From Candidatus Latescibacterota bacterium (GTDB taxonomy: Bacteria > Latescibacterota > UBA2968 > UBA8231): 64,000 bases of DNA. The stretch covers positions 2,400,001-2,464,000 of the forward strand of contig CBDETY010000003.1 in NCBI GenBank assembly GCA_965243025.1, written 5' to 3'. The position numbers and the translations under genes are program-made. Each line of letters starts with the position of its first letter. Within the stretch, counting starts at the first letter, position 1. This document shows, in pieces, positions 8,101 through 17,810 of the stretch. Below the pieces are notes generated by a model. That model was given only the letters and a program-made list of their open reading frames with translations, made no database searches and had not been told where the DNA came from.

Positions 8101-10819
8101 CCTGGGGATTCCATACGGGCTGGCGCTGGACGTGTCCGGCGGCAAGATGTACTGGACCAACCGGCAGACCAACAGGATCCAGCGGGCCAACCTCGACGGC
8201 TCGGGGGTAGAAGACCTCGTAACCAGCGGCTTGACTTTTCCCGGCGCCCTGGCCCTGGACGCAGCCGGGGGCAAGATGTACTGGACGAACCCCGGCGCGA
8301 CGAAAATCCAGCGGGCCAACCTGAGCGGCTCCAACGTCGAAGATCTCGTCACCAGCGGTTTGACCAGTCCCACCGGGCTGGCACTCGACGTGGGCGGCGG
8401 CAAGATCTACTGGACCGACCGGGGCACCGACAAGATTCAGCGGGCCAACCTGAGCGGCTCCAACGTCGAAGACCTGGTAACCAGCGGCCTGAACAGTCCC
8501 AACGGGCTGGCACTCGACGCGGCCGGCGGCAAGATCTACTGGACCGACGCGGAGACGAACAAGGTGCAGCGGGCCAATCTCGACGGCTCCGGGGTCGAAG
8601 ACCTTCTCACCAGCTCCGACGGACTTGTCGATCCATCCGGAATTGCCGTCGGGGGAACCGCCCGGAACGGGTCCGGTGGCGGTGGAGGCGGTGGCACCTC
8701 CCCTGCCCCCGACCTGGTCGTCGATGCCCCCACGGTCAGCAACAGCAGCCCGACCGCAGGCGCCTCCTTCACCCTGAGGGCCACGGTACGCAACCAGGGG
8801 AACGGGAGGTCGGGCTCTACCACCCTGCGCTACTACCGCTCCACCGACGCAACGGTTTCCACCAGCGACACCGAAGTCGGCACCGACCTGGTCAGCACCC
8901 TGTCCGCCTCTCGCACCAGTTCCGAGTCGATCTTCCTTTCCGCCCCATCGAATGCCGGAACCTACTACTACGGAGCCTGCGTCGAGAGCGTCAGCGATGA
9001 GAGCGAAACCGGAAACAACTGCTCCTCAACCGTTACCGTAACCGTGGGCGCGGCACCTGCCCCTGACCTGGTCGTCGATGCCCCTGCGGTCAGCAACAGC
9101 AGCCCGACCGCAGGCGCTTCCTTCACCCTGAGGGCCACGGTACGCAACCAGGGGAACGGGAGGTCGAGCTCGACCACCCTGCGCTACTACCGCTCCACCG
9201 ACGCAACGGTTTCCACCGGCGACACCGAAGTAGGCACCGATGCGGTGACCACCCTGTCCGCCTCCCGCACCAGTGCCGAGTCGATCAGCCTCCGCGCACC
9301 CTCGAGCGCGGGGACCTACTACTACGGGGCCTGCGTCGAGAGCGTCAGCGACGAAACCGATACAGGAAACAACTGCTCCTCAGCGGTTACCGTAACCGTG
9401 GGTTCCGCCCCGGCTCCGGATCTCGTCGTTGACTCGCCTTCGGTGAGCGACAGCAGCCCGACAGCGGGGGCTTCCTTCAGGCTGAGCGCAACCGTTCGCA
9501 ACCAGGGAACCGGCCAGTCCGCGTCGACAACCGTGCGTTTCTACCGCTCGAGCGACGGGACGATCTCTGCCAGCGACACGGAAGTGGGATCAGCCCACAC
9601 AGTGGGCGGCCTTGCGGCCTCCCGAACAAGCACCCATTCAACCGACCTGACCGCCCCCTCGAGCGCCGGCACCTACTACTATGGCGCCTGTGTCGGGAGC
9701 GTCAGCGGCGAAACCAATTCCGGAAACAACTGCTCCTCAGCGGTGACCGTAACCGTTTCAGCGACCGTCACTCAGCCGGACCCCCAACCCGCCGGGATAT
9801 CAAAGCTGTACTGGTCGGACTGGGGCACGGACAAGATCCAGCGCGCCGACCTCGACGGCTCCAATGTCGAAGACCTGGTTTCCGGCGCCGGACTCAACGG
9901 TCCGGACGGCCTGTCCCTGGATCCGGCCGGCGGCAAGATCTACTGGGCGGATGCCGGCACCAACAAGATCCAGCGGGCGAACCTCGACGGCTCCGGGGTC
10001 GAAGACCTCGTCACCGGCCTGGGGATTCCATACGGGCTGGCTCTGGACGTTGCCGGCGGCAAGATGTACTGGACCAACCGGCAGACGGGAAAGATCCAGC
10101 GGGCGAACCTCGACGGCTCCGGGGCCGAAGACCTCGTCACCAGCGGCTTGACTTTCCCCGGAGCCCTGGCTCTCGACGTTGCCGGCGGCAAGATGTACTG
10201 GACCAACCCGGGGGCGACGAAAATCCAGCGGGCCGACCTGAGCGGCTCCAACGTCGAAGACCTCGTCACCAGCGGTTTGAGCAGTCCCACCGGGCTGGCA
10301 CTCGACGTTTCCGGCGGCAAGATGTACTGGACCGACCGGGGATCGGACAAGATCCAGCGGGCCGACCTGAGCGGCTCCAATGTCGAGGACCTGGTCACCA
10401 GCGGCTTGAGCAGTCCCAATGGCCTGGCACTCGACGTGGCCGGCGGCAAGATGTACTGGACCGACGCGGAGACGAACAAGGTGCAGCGGGCGAACTTGAG
10501 CGGCTCCGGAGTCGAAGACCTTCTCACCAGCTCCGACGGACTGGTCGACCCATCCGGTATTGCCCTGGGAGCTGAGAGCGCCAGTAGCACCGGTACCACC
10601 TATAGAGTGGGCGATGCGCTCCCCGGTGTCCCCACGGGCTCCTTCTTTCCGGCGCGCCTTTCCGGTGGTGCAAGTCTTTCCAGCTCCGGGGGAACCACGA
10701 CCATCACCTTCAACAATGGAGGCGAAATGGAACTGCAGGACGGGACCACCTATACCTGTATCGCTTCAGGAGGATGCAGAGTCGAGAACGGGCGCGTCAC
10801 CCTGGGGGAATTCGAATAG
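5138..10819 (+). CDS. Giant secreted protein: carboxypeptidase-regulatory-like domain, FlgD/T9SS-CTD-like domain, dockerin-like pair, 7 CARDB Ig repeats, 2 YWTD (LDL-receptor class B) propellers
   Basis: Signal peptide; LGHNYPNPFNPST...WDATD...GVYFYRL; GDVDNNSRVDIFDA and GDVNRDGRTDLTDA; PDLVV...VRNQG...GTYYYGACV...NNCS repeats; KMYWTD...KIQRANLDGS repeats. Confidence 0.9.
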   Translation: MKVAIGCLVWLLSSLQAEAEPLVEGRVRLASGDPAAGAQVLLFDLNDLRLAPAVATTDEAGYFSLPFGGLRGRVPVLPERFELGHNYPNPFNPSTIIPYQLPAPTRLRLEIFNILGQRVTTLVDGERPAGFHTARWDATDAAGRAVAAGVYFYRLKGDGVHLTRRMVLIDGQAGIPSAGGSGPSTAAGEEVETPPVVGLTVSGEGLVPYLDPAFRVEPGMAPVEVVVEALGGVRHGKVASSGILGDVDNNSRVDIFDALLVAVYSANPSLVMPNNGDITLGDVNRDGRTDLTDAYHIAAYTVDPSDPTLPPGIGEALVQGTGTASLSPPPSTVSFEDDGAWHRFTVRAGESIVVVANPTGTTPRVEINATSGSNYCPAEAEDDRARQDGEEVYLAGCSSGTGTVELRRASDQTVLQTYTFTIRGQGTGGGGGGTGPDLVVEPPAVSNSSPTAGASFTLRARVRNQGAARSSSTTLRYYRSTDATVSTSDTQVGTDPVSSLSASRTSFESISLRAPSSAGTYYYGACVESVSDETDTGNNCSASVTVTVGAAPAPDLVVETPTVSNGSPTAGASFTLRARVRNQGNGRSSSTTLRYYRSTDATVSASDTEVGTDPVSSLSASRTSSEFISLRAPSSAGTYYYGACVESVSGETNTGNNCSAAVTLTVGAAPAPDLVVETPTVSNSSPAAGASFTLRARVRNQGNGRSSSTTLRYYRSTDATVSASDTQVGTDRVSSLSASRTSSESISLRAPSSAGTYYYGACVESVTGETNTGNNCSASVTLTVGAAPAPDLVVEAPTVSNSSPAGGASFTLRATVRNQGAARSGSTTLRYYRSTDATVSTSDTEVGTDPVSSLSASRTSSESISLRAPSSAGTYYYGACVGSVSGETNTGNNCSAAVAVTVPGTVTQPPPQPGVAKLYWSDWGTDKIQRADLDGSNVEDLVTGAGLDGPDGLSLDLAGGRIYWADAGTNKIQRANLDGSGVEDLVTGLGIPYGLALDVSGGKMYWTNRQTNRIQRANLDGSGVEDLVTSGLTFPGALALDAAGGKMYWTNPGATKIQRANLSGSNVEDLVTSGLTSPTGLALDVGGGKIYWTDRGTDKIQRANLSGSNVEDLVTSGLNSPNGLALDAAGGKIYWTDAETNKVQRANLDGSGVEDLLTSSDGLVDPSGIAVGGTARNGSGGGGGGGTSPAPDLVVDAPTVSNSSPTAGASFTLRATVRNQGNGRSGSTTLRYYRSTDATVSTSDTEVGTDLVSTLSASRTSSESIFLSAPSNAGTYYYGACVESVSDESETGNNCSSTVTVTVGAAPAPDLVVDAPAVSNSSPTAGASFTLRATVRNQGNGRSSSTTLRYYRSTDATVSTGDTEVGTDAVTTLSASRTSAESISLRAPSSAGTYYYGACVESVSDETDTGNNCSSAVTVTVGSAPAPDLVVDSPSVSDSSPTAGASFRLSATVRNQGTGQSASTTVRFYRSSDGTISASDTEVGSAHTVGGLAASRTSTHSTDLTAPSSAGTYYYGACVGSVSGETNSGNNCSSAVTVTVSATVTQPDPQPAGISKLYWSDWGTDKIQRADLDGSNVEDLVSGAGLNGPDGLSLDPAGGKIYWADAGTNKIQRANLDGSGVEDLVTGLGIPYGLALDVAGGKMYWTNRQTGKIQRANLDGSGAEDLVTSGLTFPGALALDVAGGKMYWTNPGATKIQRADLSGSNVEDLVTSGLSSPTGLALDVSGGKMYWTDRGSDKIQRADLSGSNVEDLVTSGLSSPNGLALDVAGGKMYWTDAETNKVQRANLSGSGVEDLLTSSDGLVDPSGIALGAESASSTGTTYRVGDALPGVPTGSFFPARLSGGASLSSSGGTTTITFNNGGEMELQDGTTYTCIASGGCRVENGRVTLGEFE
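6443..7850 (+). repeat. Four tandem 354-bp CARDB-coding repeats
   Basis: PDLVV units begin at 6443, 6797, 7151 and 7505 with near-identical DNA. Confidence 0.9.
8708..9770 (+). repeat. Three further tandem 354-bp CARDB-coding repeats
   Basis: PDLVV units near 8708, 9062 and 9416; followed by a second YWTD propeller (about 9800-10570) that duplicates about 7880-8650. Confidence 0.85.
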
Positions 10820-11020
10820 AATGACCGATGAATGCGAAAGGGGTGAATCGGGGAAATGCCCTCGGGGGAGGTCGTTCCATGGCAAGGGAGTCTGATTCAA
10901 CTGGCTGATGAGCGCCGGGCGCGTTCTGAGCCGGAGCCTCACTCTCCTGCTCTGAGGGGACGTACGCCATTATTCGAGCACAGGTTGCCCGAAATGGAAT
11001 GCAACAGGGGGCATTACCAT

Positions 11021-14000
11021 ATGAAAACTCCCGTTCTTCTTTCTGCTTTCATGGGGTTGCCCGGCTCTTTTTTCACTCCGCTGGCTGTCGCCTATGGTTC
11101 TCCTCTTCCACCCGACAGCGTGCATTTCTGCCGGACCGTCGATCCCGACCAGTTGAACCGCCTTCATCACCCTCCTGCCGGAAAGCGTCTGCAGGATCTG
11201 AACGTCGGCGAACCGCGCACCGTGCGGCTCTTCTACTTCCTGCCCAACGACCGGCCCTACCGCTCCGAGGTCGTCGATTCCCTCAAATCCGGAATTCTCG
11301 ATCTTCAAACCTTTTTTGCCGGCCAGATGGAGACGCATGATCAGGGTCGCAAAACCTTCAATTTTGAAACCGATGACCGGGGCGACCCGGTCGTCCACCG
11401 CGTCGACGGGGACTCTTCGGACAGCCACTACAGCAGGCGAGGTTATACAGAGGGCGAGATCAAACGAGCGTTCGACAACTCAGCCAATACCATACTGATC
11501 GTGATGGACGTGAGTGCCAGATCCGTGCATGGAGTGGGAACCGGCTCGAAGGGCAGCGGATGGGCGATGATTTACGGAGAATGGAACTGGTTTGCGGCCG
11601 CGCATGAACTTGGGCACTCCTTCGGTTTGCACCATGACTTCCGCGATAATGAATACATAATGTCGTACGGTCGAGCGGATCGGGCATCCGCGAAAATATC
11701 CCCTTGCGCGGCCCGATTCCTGGCGGCAAATCCATACTTCAACTCCGATGTCCCACTTCAGAATGAATCGCCCCCCACGGTAGAGCTTGTTTCCTCTTCC
11801 GAGTATCCATTCGGATCAACAAGTACGGCCGTCCAACTGAGAGTTCGGGATGATGATGGACTTCACCAGTTGATCCTGTTCGTGATGCCCAAAAATCCCT
11901 TTCTGGGCGGCACTCCCGAAGTGAAAGCGTGGAATGCATTGTCGGCTGAAACAGATACCGTTGTTGAGTTCAACTTCGATGGCAGGCTTCCATCGGACAA
12001 CGTCGGCACCAGCCCCGAGGCTCACACGACGCTTTCGAACACCGTCCAGCATCGAATACATGCCATGGCAGTCGATACAGACGGCAATCGGAACAATATC
12101 CCGAATACCAGTTATCAGTTCAATCTGGAGGCAGGGCACTCGCCGCAACACATCGCCACGGTTGACCGGCCTTACTACTATGACATCGGGGGCTTGGCGA
12201 TTTCCCGTGACGGCTCGCATCTGGCGATCGGGACGGGCGGTACAGTCGAATTGATGGACGCTGCGAAAAGGGAACGCATAACCACCTTCCGCCATACCGA
12301 GGGCAACAGATACACGAACTGGTCCGTCGCTTTTTCACACGATGGGACGCTGCTGGCCTCCGGATCGGCGAACGGCACAATCAAGGTGTGGAACGTGAAC
12401 ACAAGAGAGGAAGCCGCCTCGCTCGACGGGCATACGGAGCAGGTTCTCGCTCTGGACTTTTCGCCTGATGGAACGCTGCTCGCTTCAGGGTCCCGGGACA
12501 GTACCGTAAAGCTTTGGGACGTGACAACATGGACGAACACGGACACGCTCGAAGGACATACGGATGGAATTGTTTTACTCGACTTTCTTCCCGGTGGGAA
12601 GCTCGCAACCAAATCCTGGCGGGATGGAACAGTCAGGATTTGGGATGTGCAAACGAGATCACAGAACTCCACCATTAACACGGATGCGGTCGGGACCGTT
12701 GCGTTGTCACCCGATGGTGCAACTCTCGCATCATCGATTTCCTGGGCCATCAAGCTATGGAGTCTGTCGACAGGAGCACAGACCGGCGCCCTCAACCATA
12801 TGCGGGAATACAATTACGCGCAGCTGGCGTTTTCCCCAGATGGAACAATCCTCGCCGTAGCCGCTAACGGTTTGATTGAAATTTGGAACGTTCCGACGAG
12901 TGAACTCCTGGCTACCATTTCCGGGGGACCGGGAGGGGTGGGAAGGATGTTGTTTTCACCCAATGGGAAGCAACTGATTGCCACTGCTGACAAGGGGATC
13001 AAATTCTGGAACGTGTCCGAGTGGACGGCTCCCACGACTCCGGTCAGCCAACGTACCTCGCAAGTTCGTGAGGCGATTCTCGGCGTAGTCCGCCTTGATT
13101 ATCCGAACCTCTCCAGCTATGCGGAAATTTCCGAGACGCATCTTGCCGGGATTACTGCCCTGTATCTCAACGATAGAGGCATCACCTCCTTGAAACCAGG
13201 GGACCTTGACGGCCTTTCAGGGTTGGAAGAACTCCGACTGTGGGGCAATCAACTCACGAGTCTGCCGGAGGACATTTTCTCCGGGCTTTCGTCTCTGGCA
13301 ATCCTTCGCTTCGGCCTCAATCAGTTGACGACACTTCCGGCAGATCTGTTGGATGGACTTTCCTCCCTGACTGACCTGCGAATGATCGGCAACCAGTTGA
13401 CGACGCTGCCAGACGGAATCTTTGAAGGACTGACCGGGCTGACGAGGCTGGCGTTGGGTAGTAACTCTGTTAACCCCCTCCCACTTACCGTATCCCTGCA
13501 AATAGTTGGAAAGGCGCAGTTCAGGGCCGAGGCACCAACGGGGGCACCCTTCGACCTCGTGCTGCCGTTGATTGTTTCAAACGGCAGTATCGACGGCGGC
13601 TCAACCTCCATAACGATACCTGCCGGCAGCGTGGGAAGTGAATTGCTCACCGTGACACGAACACCCGGCGCAGCCTATATGACCAGCATAAATATTGGAA
13701 CATTGCCCGGGTTGCCTGTCAATCATTCAGGCTACACGCTCGTCAGGTCAAACGACCTCCCGCTTGTGTTCACAGAATTGGGAGGAGCGGTATTCACTCC
13801 GGTTTGCGACCGTACGCCGCAGGTGCGCGACGCGATTGTGGGAACGGCGACCGGAGTAAGCAACTGCCGGAACGTGACCAAGGCACATCTGTCCGCTATC
13901 CCGGGCTTACATATACAAAAAAAAGAGATTGCATCACTGAAGGCTGGAGATTTCGCCGGACTCACCGCGCTGGAAAGCCTTTTCCTTTGGCGCAACGAGT

Positions 14001-15313
14001 TAAGTTCGTTGCCGGCGGGCATCTTCGACAATCTCGACGCCCTGACACAGCTCCACCTTTACACCAACAGGTTTACCACGTTGCCAGCGGGCACCTTTGA
14101 ACACCTCGGCGCACTGACATTCCTGGGCCTGTCCCATAACCAGTTGAATTCGTTGCCCCCGGGAATCTTTGACAACCTCAACGCGCTGAGAACGCTCCGC
14201 CTGTGGAGTAACCAGTTATCGACGTTACCGAAGGGCATTTTTGACAACCTCAACGCACTGACGGAGCTCAACCTTAACAACAACCATTTCACCACTCTAT
14301 CAGCGGGAATTTTCGATGGGCTGTCCTCGCTGCAAACTCTCGATCTGTACAACAACCAGCTCACCACCCTACCGTCCGGCATCTTTGACAACCTCAACGC
14401 ACTAACCGAGCTCACCCTGTACAACAACCAGTTCACCACCCTACCCGCGGGCATCTTTGAAGGACTGACCTCGCTGACAAACCTCCGCCTGGAAGGCAAC
14501 CCGGTTGATCCCCTTCCACTTACCGTGACATTGGAAAAGGTTGGCGTGAGTCAGGTCAAAGCGGTGGCCCCCACCGGCGCCCCTTTTGATATGGTCCTGC
14601 CGATAACAGTTGTAAACGGAAGCATCACCGGCGGCTCCACCACCATCTCAATTCCTGCCGGCAGCGTGGACAGCGACACCCTCACCGGGACACGAACCTC
14701 CGGTACGACGGCTGCCGTAACCGTGGATATCGGCACCTTGCCGGGATTGCCCAGTAACCATGACGGCTACGAACTCGTCAAATCCACCGACCTGCCGGTG
14801 GAGATCATCGGGGACGCCGCCGCGCAAGCCTCGACGGATTTCAACGGCGACGGCCAGACGGACTTCGCGGATTTCTTCCTCTTTATCGACGCCTTCGGCG
14901 GCACGGACTCCCGCTTCGACCTCGACGGCAGCGGTACCGTCGATTTCGTCGATTTCTTCCAGTTCATCGATGCCTTCGACCAGGCGGGGCAGGCCAAGCT
15001 GCTGGCACTCGCCCGGGAGATGATCCGCCTGCCTTCCGAAACCCAATTGCAGCAAAACGCTCCCAACCCCTTCAACAGCGAAACAGCCATCTCCTGGTTT
15101 CTGCTGGAGCCGGGGTTTGCTCGAGTGGAGGTGTTCGCGCTGAGCGGGCAGCGGGTGGCGGTCCTGCACCGGGGGCCGCTGCAGGCCGGCTTCCACCGCA
15201 TCCACTTTGACGGCCGCGACGATGCAGGCCGCGCCCTGGCCAGCGGGGTTTACCTCTACCGGCTGGTGTGCTCCGACCGCGTCCTGACCCGCAAGCTCAC
15301 CCTGCTGAGATAG
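11021..15313 (+). CDS. Secreted metzincin-type Zn peptidase + WD40 + two LRR/Ig-like modules + dockerin-like EF-hand + FlgD/T9SS-CTD-like domain
   Basis: HELGHSFGLHH and Met-turn IMSYG; GH...WD repeats; LxxLPxGIFDxL LRRs capped by TPV(S/C)xRTxQVRxAI; C-terminal DFNGDG...QNAPNPFN...RKLTLLR. Start moved to ATG 11021 (G-rich RBS, signal-like N-terminus); ORF track starts at 10856. Confidence 0.88.
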   Translation: MKTPVLLSAFMGLPGSFFTPLAVAYGSPLPPDSVHFCRTVDPDQLNRLHHPPAGKRLQDLNVGEPRTVRLFYFLPNDRPYRSEVVDSLKSGILDLQTFFAGQMETHDQGRKTFNFETDDRGDPVVHRVDGDSSDSHYSRRGYTEGEIKRAFDNSANTILIVMDVSARSVHGVGTGSKGSGWAMIYGEWNWFAAAHELGHSFGLHHDFRDNEYIMSYGRADRASAKISPCAARFLAANPYFNSDVPLQNESPPTVELVSSSEYPFGSTSTAVQLRVRDDDGLHQLILFVMPKNPFLGGTPEVKAWNALSAETDTVVEFNFDGRLPSDNVGTSPEAHTTLSNTVQHRIHAMAVDTDGNRNNIPNTSYQFNLEAGHSPQHIATVDRPYYYDIGGLAISRDGSHLAIGTGGTVELMDAAKRERITTFRHTEGNRYTNWSVAFSHDGTLLASGSANGTIKVWNVNTREEAASLDGHTEQVLALDFSPDGTLLASGSRDSTVKLWDVTTWTNTDTLEGHTDGIVLLDFLPGGKLATKSWRDGTVRIWDVQTRSQNSTINTDAVGTVALSPDGATLASSISWAIKLWSLSTGAQTGALNHMREYNYAQLAFSPDGTILAVAANGLIEIWNVPTSELLATISGGPGGVGRMLFSPNGKQLIATADKGIKFWNVSEWTAPTTPVSQRTSQVREAILGVVRLDYPNLSSYAEISETHLAGITALYLNDRGITSLKPGDLDGLSGLEELRLWGNQLTSLPEDIFSGLSSLAILRFGLNQLTTLPADLLDGLSSLTDLRMIGNQLTTLPDGIFEGLTGLTRLALGSNSVNPLPLTVSLQIVGKAQFRAEAPTGAPFDLVLPLIVSNGSIDGGSTSITIPAGSVGSELLTVTRTPGAAYMTSINIGTLPGLPVNHSGYTLVRSNDLPLVFTELGGAVFTPVCDRTPQVRDAIVGTATGVSNCRNVTKAHLSAIPGLHIQKKEIASLKAGDFAGLTALESLFLWRNELSSLPAGIFDNLDALTQLHLYTNRFTTLPAGTFEHLGALTFLGLSHNQLNSLPPGIFDNLNALRTLRLWSNQLSTLPKGIFDNLNALTELNLNNNHFTTLSAGIFDGLSSLQTLDLYNNQLTTLPSGIFDNLNALTELTLYNNQFTTLPAGIFEGLTSLTNLRLEGNPVDPLPLTVTLEKVGVSQVKAVAPTGAPFDMVLPITVVNGSITGGSTTISIPAGSVDSDTLTGTRTSGTTAAVTVDIGTLPGLPSNHDGYELVKSTDLPVEIIGDAAAQASTDFNGDGQTDFADFFLFIDAFGGTDSRFDLDGSGTVDFVDFFQFIDAFDQAGQAKLLALAREMIRLPSETQLQQNAPNPFNSETAISWFLLEPGFARVEVFALSGQRVAVLHRGPLQAGFHRIHFDGRDDAGRALASGVYLYRLVCSDRVLTRKLTLLR

Positions 15314-15325
15314 TCGCACTCCCCG

Positions 15326-17665
15326 ATGAACAACCAACCCTTCAATCGGAAACTCATCGTGTCCATCCTGGCGGTAATTCTGGTGTTATGCGTCCTCCCA
15401 GGAACCAGCCACGGCGGCGGCGTCGGCGATGTCATCGGAGGAATCGTCGAGGTCACGGTCGGCCTCGTGGAATTGACCGTCGGGATTGTCGAGATCGCCG
15501 TCGGGGTAATCGACCTTACCGTCAGCCTCCTTGCCACCCTCGCCTTGCATACGGCTGCCGTCACCGCCGCCATCATCAGCCCGGACGGCGCGACGCTGAT
15601 CAGCGCAAGTCTCGACCTGACAATTGCCCTGTGGGATCTCACGACCGGGGTGCTCGGGGCTACGCTGGAACATCTGTCTCCTGTCCTGAGCCTGGCCCTC
15701 TGCCCCCTCGATGGCTGCCTTCTGGCAAGCGGGACCGAGGACGGCAAGCTGCACCTGTGGAACCCCGACACCGGGCAGCTCATCAGAACGCTCATCGGGC
15801 ACACCGCCGCCGTGCTCAGCTCGGCTTTCAGTCCCGTCGACCACAGCCTGCTGGCAAGCAGCAGCGCGGACCGCACCATACGTCTCTGGGATGCGGTGAC
15901 GGGTACACACCAGCGGACCCTCACCGGGCATACCGACAGTGTCCTGAGCGTCGCCTTCAGTTCCACCGGCGACAAGCTGGCCAGCGGCAGCGCGGACGGC
16001 ACCATACGTCTCTGGAACCCAGGGACAGGTGCGCACCAACAGACACTCACCGGGCACACCGAAGCCGTCATGAGCCTTGCCTTCAGTTTCAGCGACAGCC
16101 TGCTGGCCAGTGGCAGCGAGGATGGAACGGTGCGGTTGTGGAACGCCCTCACCGGGGAGCACCTCGCCACTCTCGATCACAAGTCTCCTGTCCTGAGCGT
16201 GACCTTCGGTCCCGGCGACAGTCTGTTCGCCAGCGGCAGCGAGGACGGCAACGCGCGCTTGTGGGACCCCGCCGGGGAACTGTTGGCAACACTCGGGCAC
16301 GAGTCTCCGGTCCGCAGCGTGGCCTTCAGTCCCGACGGCAGCCTGCTGGTCAGCGGGGCGGAGGACGGCAAGGTGCGCCAGTGGCAGGTAAGGTCCGTCG
16401 CTAGTTGTTGTCCCCGGAATCCGGCGAACGATTTCGACACGATGAAGGCTGCCGGGAACGAATCGCCGCGAGGCATCTGGTCGGATGGAACCACCATGTG
16501 GGTTGTGGACGACTGGGACGACAAGCTGTACGCCTACGACATGGCATCAAGAGACCGGGATCCCGCCAGGGACTTCACTACCCTGGATGGGGCTGGAAAC
16601 AACAAACCATCCGGCATCTGGTCGGACGGAACCACCATGTGGGTCGCCGACTATTTCGACAGGAAGGTGTACGCCTACGACATGGCATCCGGTGCCCGGG
16701 ATTCCTCCGAGGATTTCAATACCCTGGATGCAGCCGGGAACACGAGGCCACAGGGCATCTGGTCCGACGGAACCACCATGTGGGTGGCCGACGACTGGGA
16801 CGAGAAACTGTACGCCTACGACAGGACATCAAAAGCCCGGGTACCGGCAAAGGATTTCGACACTGCCGGGAATCATTACCCCACGGGCCTCTGGTCGGAC
16901 GGAGCCAGTTTGTGGGTGGCCAACTACGCTGGATCAAAGTTGCATGCCTATGACCTGACCACCAAGGCCAGCGAACCGGACAAGGACTTTCTAACTCTGC
17001 GCTCGGCGGGAAACAATCTTCCGGTCGGCATCTGGTCTGACGGAACCACAATGTGGGTAACGGACGACTCCGACAGGAAGCTGTACGCCTACGACATGCC
17101 AACCGATGGGGAAAGACCGGTCGTGGACGCACCCCAAACCCCCGGTACTGGTACAACGACACCGCCTGCGCAAACCTCAGCGGCCACCGACTTCAACGGG
17201 GACGGCAAGACCGATTTCGTCGACTTCTTCGAGTTCATCGACGCCTTCGGCAGCACGGATTCCCGCTTCGACCTGGACGGCAACGGAACAGTGGATTTCG
17301 TGGACTTCTTCGAGTTCGTCGATGCCTTTGGCCAGGAGGAGCGCGCCAAGATGGTGGCGATAGCCCAGGAAATGATCGCTTTGCCGACTGAAACCCGGCT
17401 CCACCAGAATGCGCCCAACCCGTTCAACAGTGAAACGGTCATTTCCTGGTTCCTGTTGGAGCCGATGCCGGCGCAACTGGAGGTGTTTTCCCTGACCGGG
17501 CAAAGGGTTGCGGTCCTGCACCAGGGGCCTCGACAGGCCGGCCGCCACCGAATCCATTGGGACGGCAGGGATATCGGGGGCCGTCCCCTGGCCAGCGGGG
17601 TTTACCTGTACCGTCTGGTTACTGACGAAAGTGTCCTTACGAGGAAGCTCACCCTGCTGAGGTGA
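15326..17665 (+). CDS. Secreted WD40 + five-repeat GIWSDGTTMWV propeller + dockerin-like + FlgD/T9SS-CTD-like protein
   Basis: Signal peptide, about 7 WD40 repeats (GHT...LASGSxDGTIRLW), five repeats of about 47 aa, shared C-terminal cassette. Confidence 0.88.
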   Translation: MNNQPFNRKLIVSILAVILVLCVLPGTSHGGGVGDVIGGIVEVTVGLVELTVGIVEIAVGVIDLTVSLLATLALHTAAVTAAIISPDGATLISASLDLTIALWDLTTGVLGATLEHLSPVLSLALCPLDGCLLASGTEDGKLHLWNPDTGQLIRTLIGHTAAVLSSAFSPVDHSLLASSSADRTIRLWDAVTGTHQRTLTGHTDSVLSVAFSSTGDKLASGSADGTIRLWNPGTGAHQQTLTGHTEAVMSLAFSFSDSLLASGSEDGTVRLWNALTGEHLATLDHKSPVLSVTFGPGDSLFASGSEDGNARLWDPAGELLATLGHESPVRSVAFSPDGSLLVSGAEDGKVRQWQVRSVASCCPRNPANDFDTMKAAGNESPRGIWSDGTTMWVVDDWDDKLYAYDMASRDRDPARDFTTLDGAGNNKPSGIWSDGTTMWVADYFDRKVYAYDMASGARDSSEDFNTLDAAGNTRPQGIWSDGTTMWVADDWDEKLYAYDRTSKARVPAKDFDTAGNHYPTGLWSDGASLWVANYAGSKLHAYDLTTKASEPDKDFLTLRSAGNNLPVGIWSDGTTMWVTDDSDRKLYAYDMPTDGERPVVDAPQTPGTGTTTPPAQTSAATDFNGDGKTDFVDFFEFIDAFGSTDSRFDLDGNGTVDFVDFFEFVDAFGQEERAKMVAIAQEMIALPTETRLHQNAPNPFNSETVISWFLLEPMPAQLEVFSLTGQRVAVLHQGPRQAGRHRIHWDGRDIGGRPLASGVYLYRLVTDESVLTRKLTLLR

Positions 17666-17810
17666 GAACAGGAGGACGTTCACTTAAGGAGGGATTTATG
17701 CCTTTTCGAGAATGGAAACCAAAATTCTGGTGTCTACATATTTGCACAGGACGTTCTACATTGGCATAAGCAGTAAGCAGGGTTCTTTCGAATCGACAGG
17801 AGAAACGTAT

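Noticed and set aside
10905-10927. Hammerhead ribozyme core (CTGATGA followed by a GCGC-CGG-GCGC stem)
   Set aside because: The required GAAA after stem II is absent (it reads GTTC) and no stems I/III are evident.
13917-13924. A8 tract inside the LRR gene as a phase-variation switch
   Set aside because: Short, in frame, and explained by Gln-Lys-Lys codons in a lower-GC segment.
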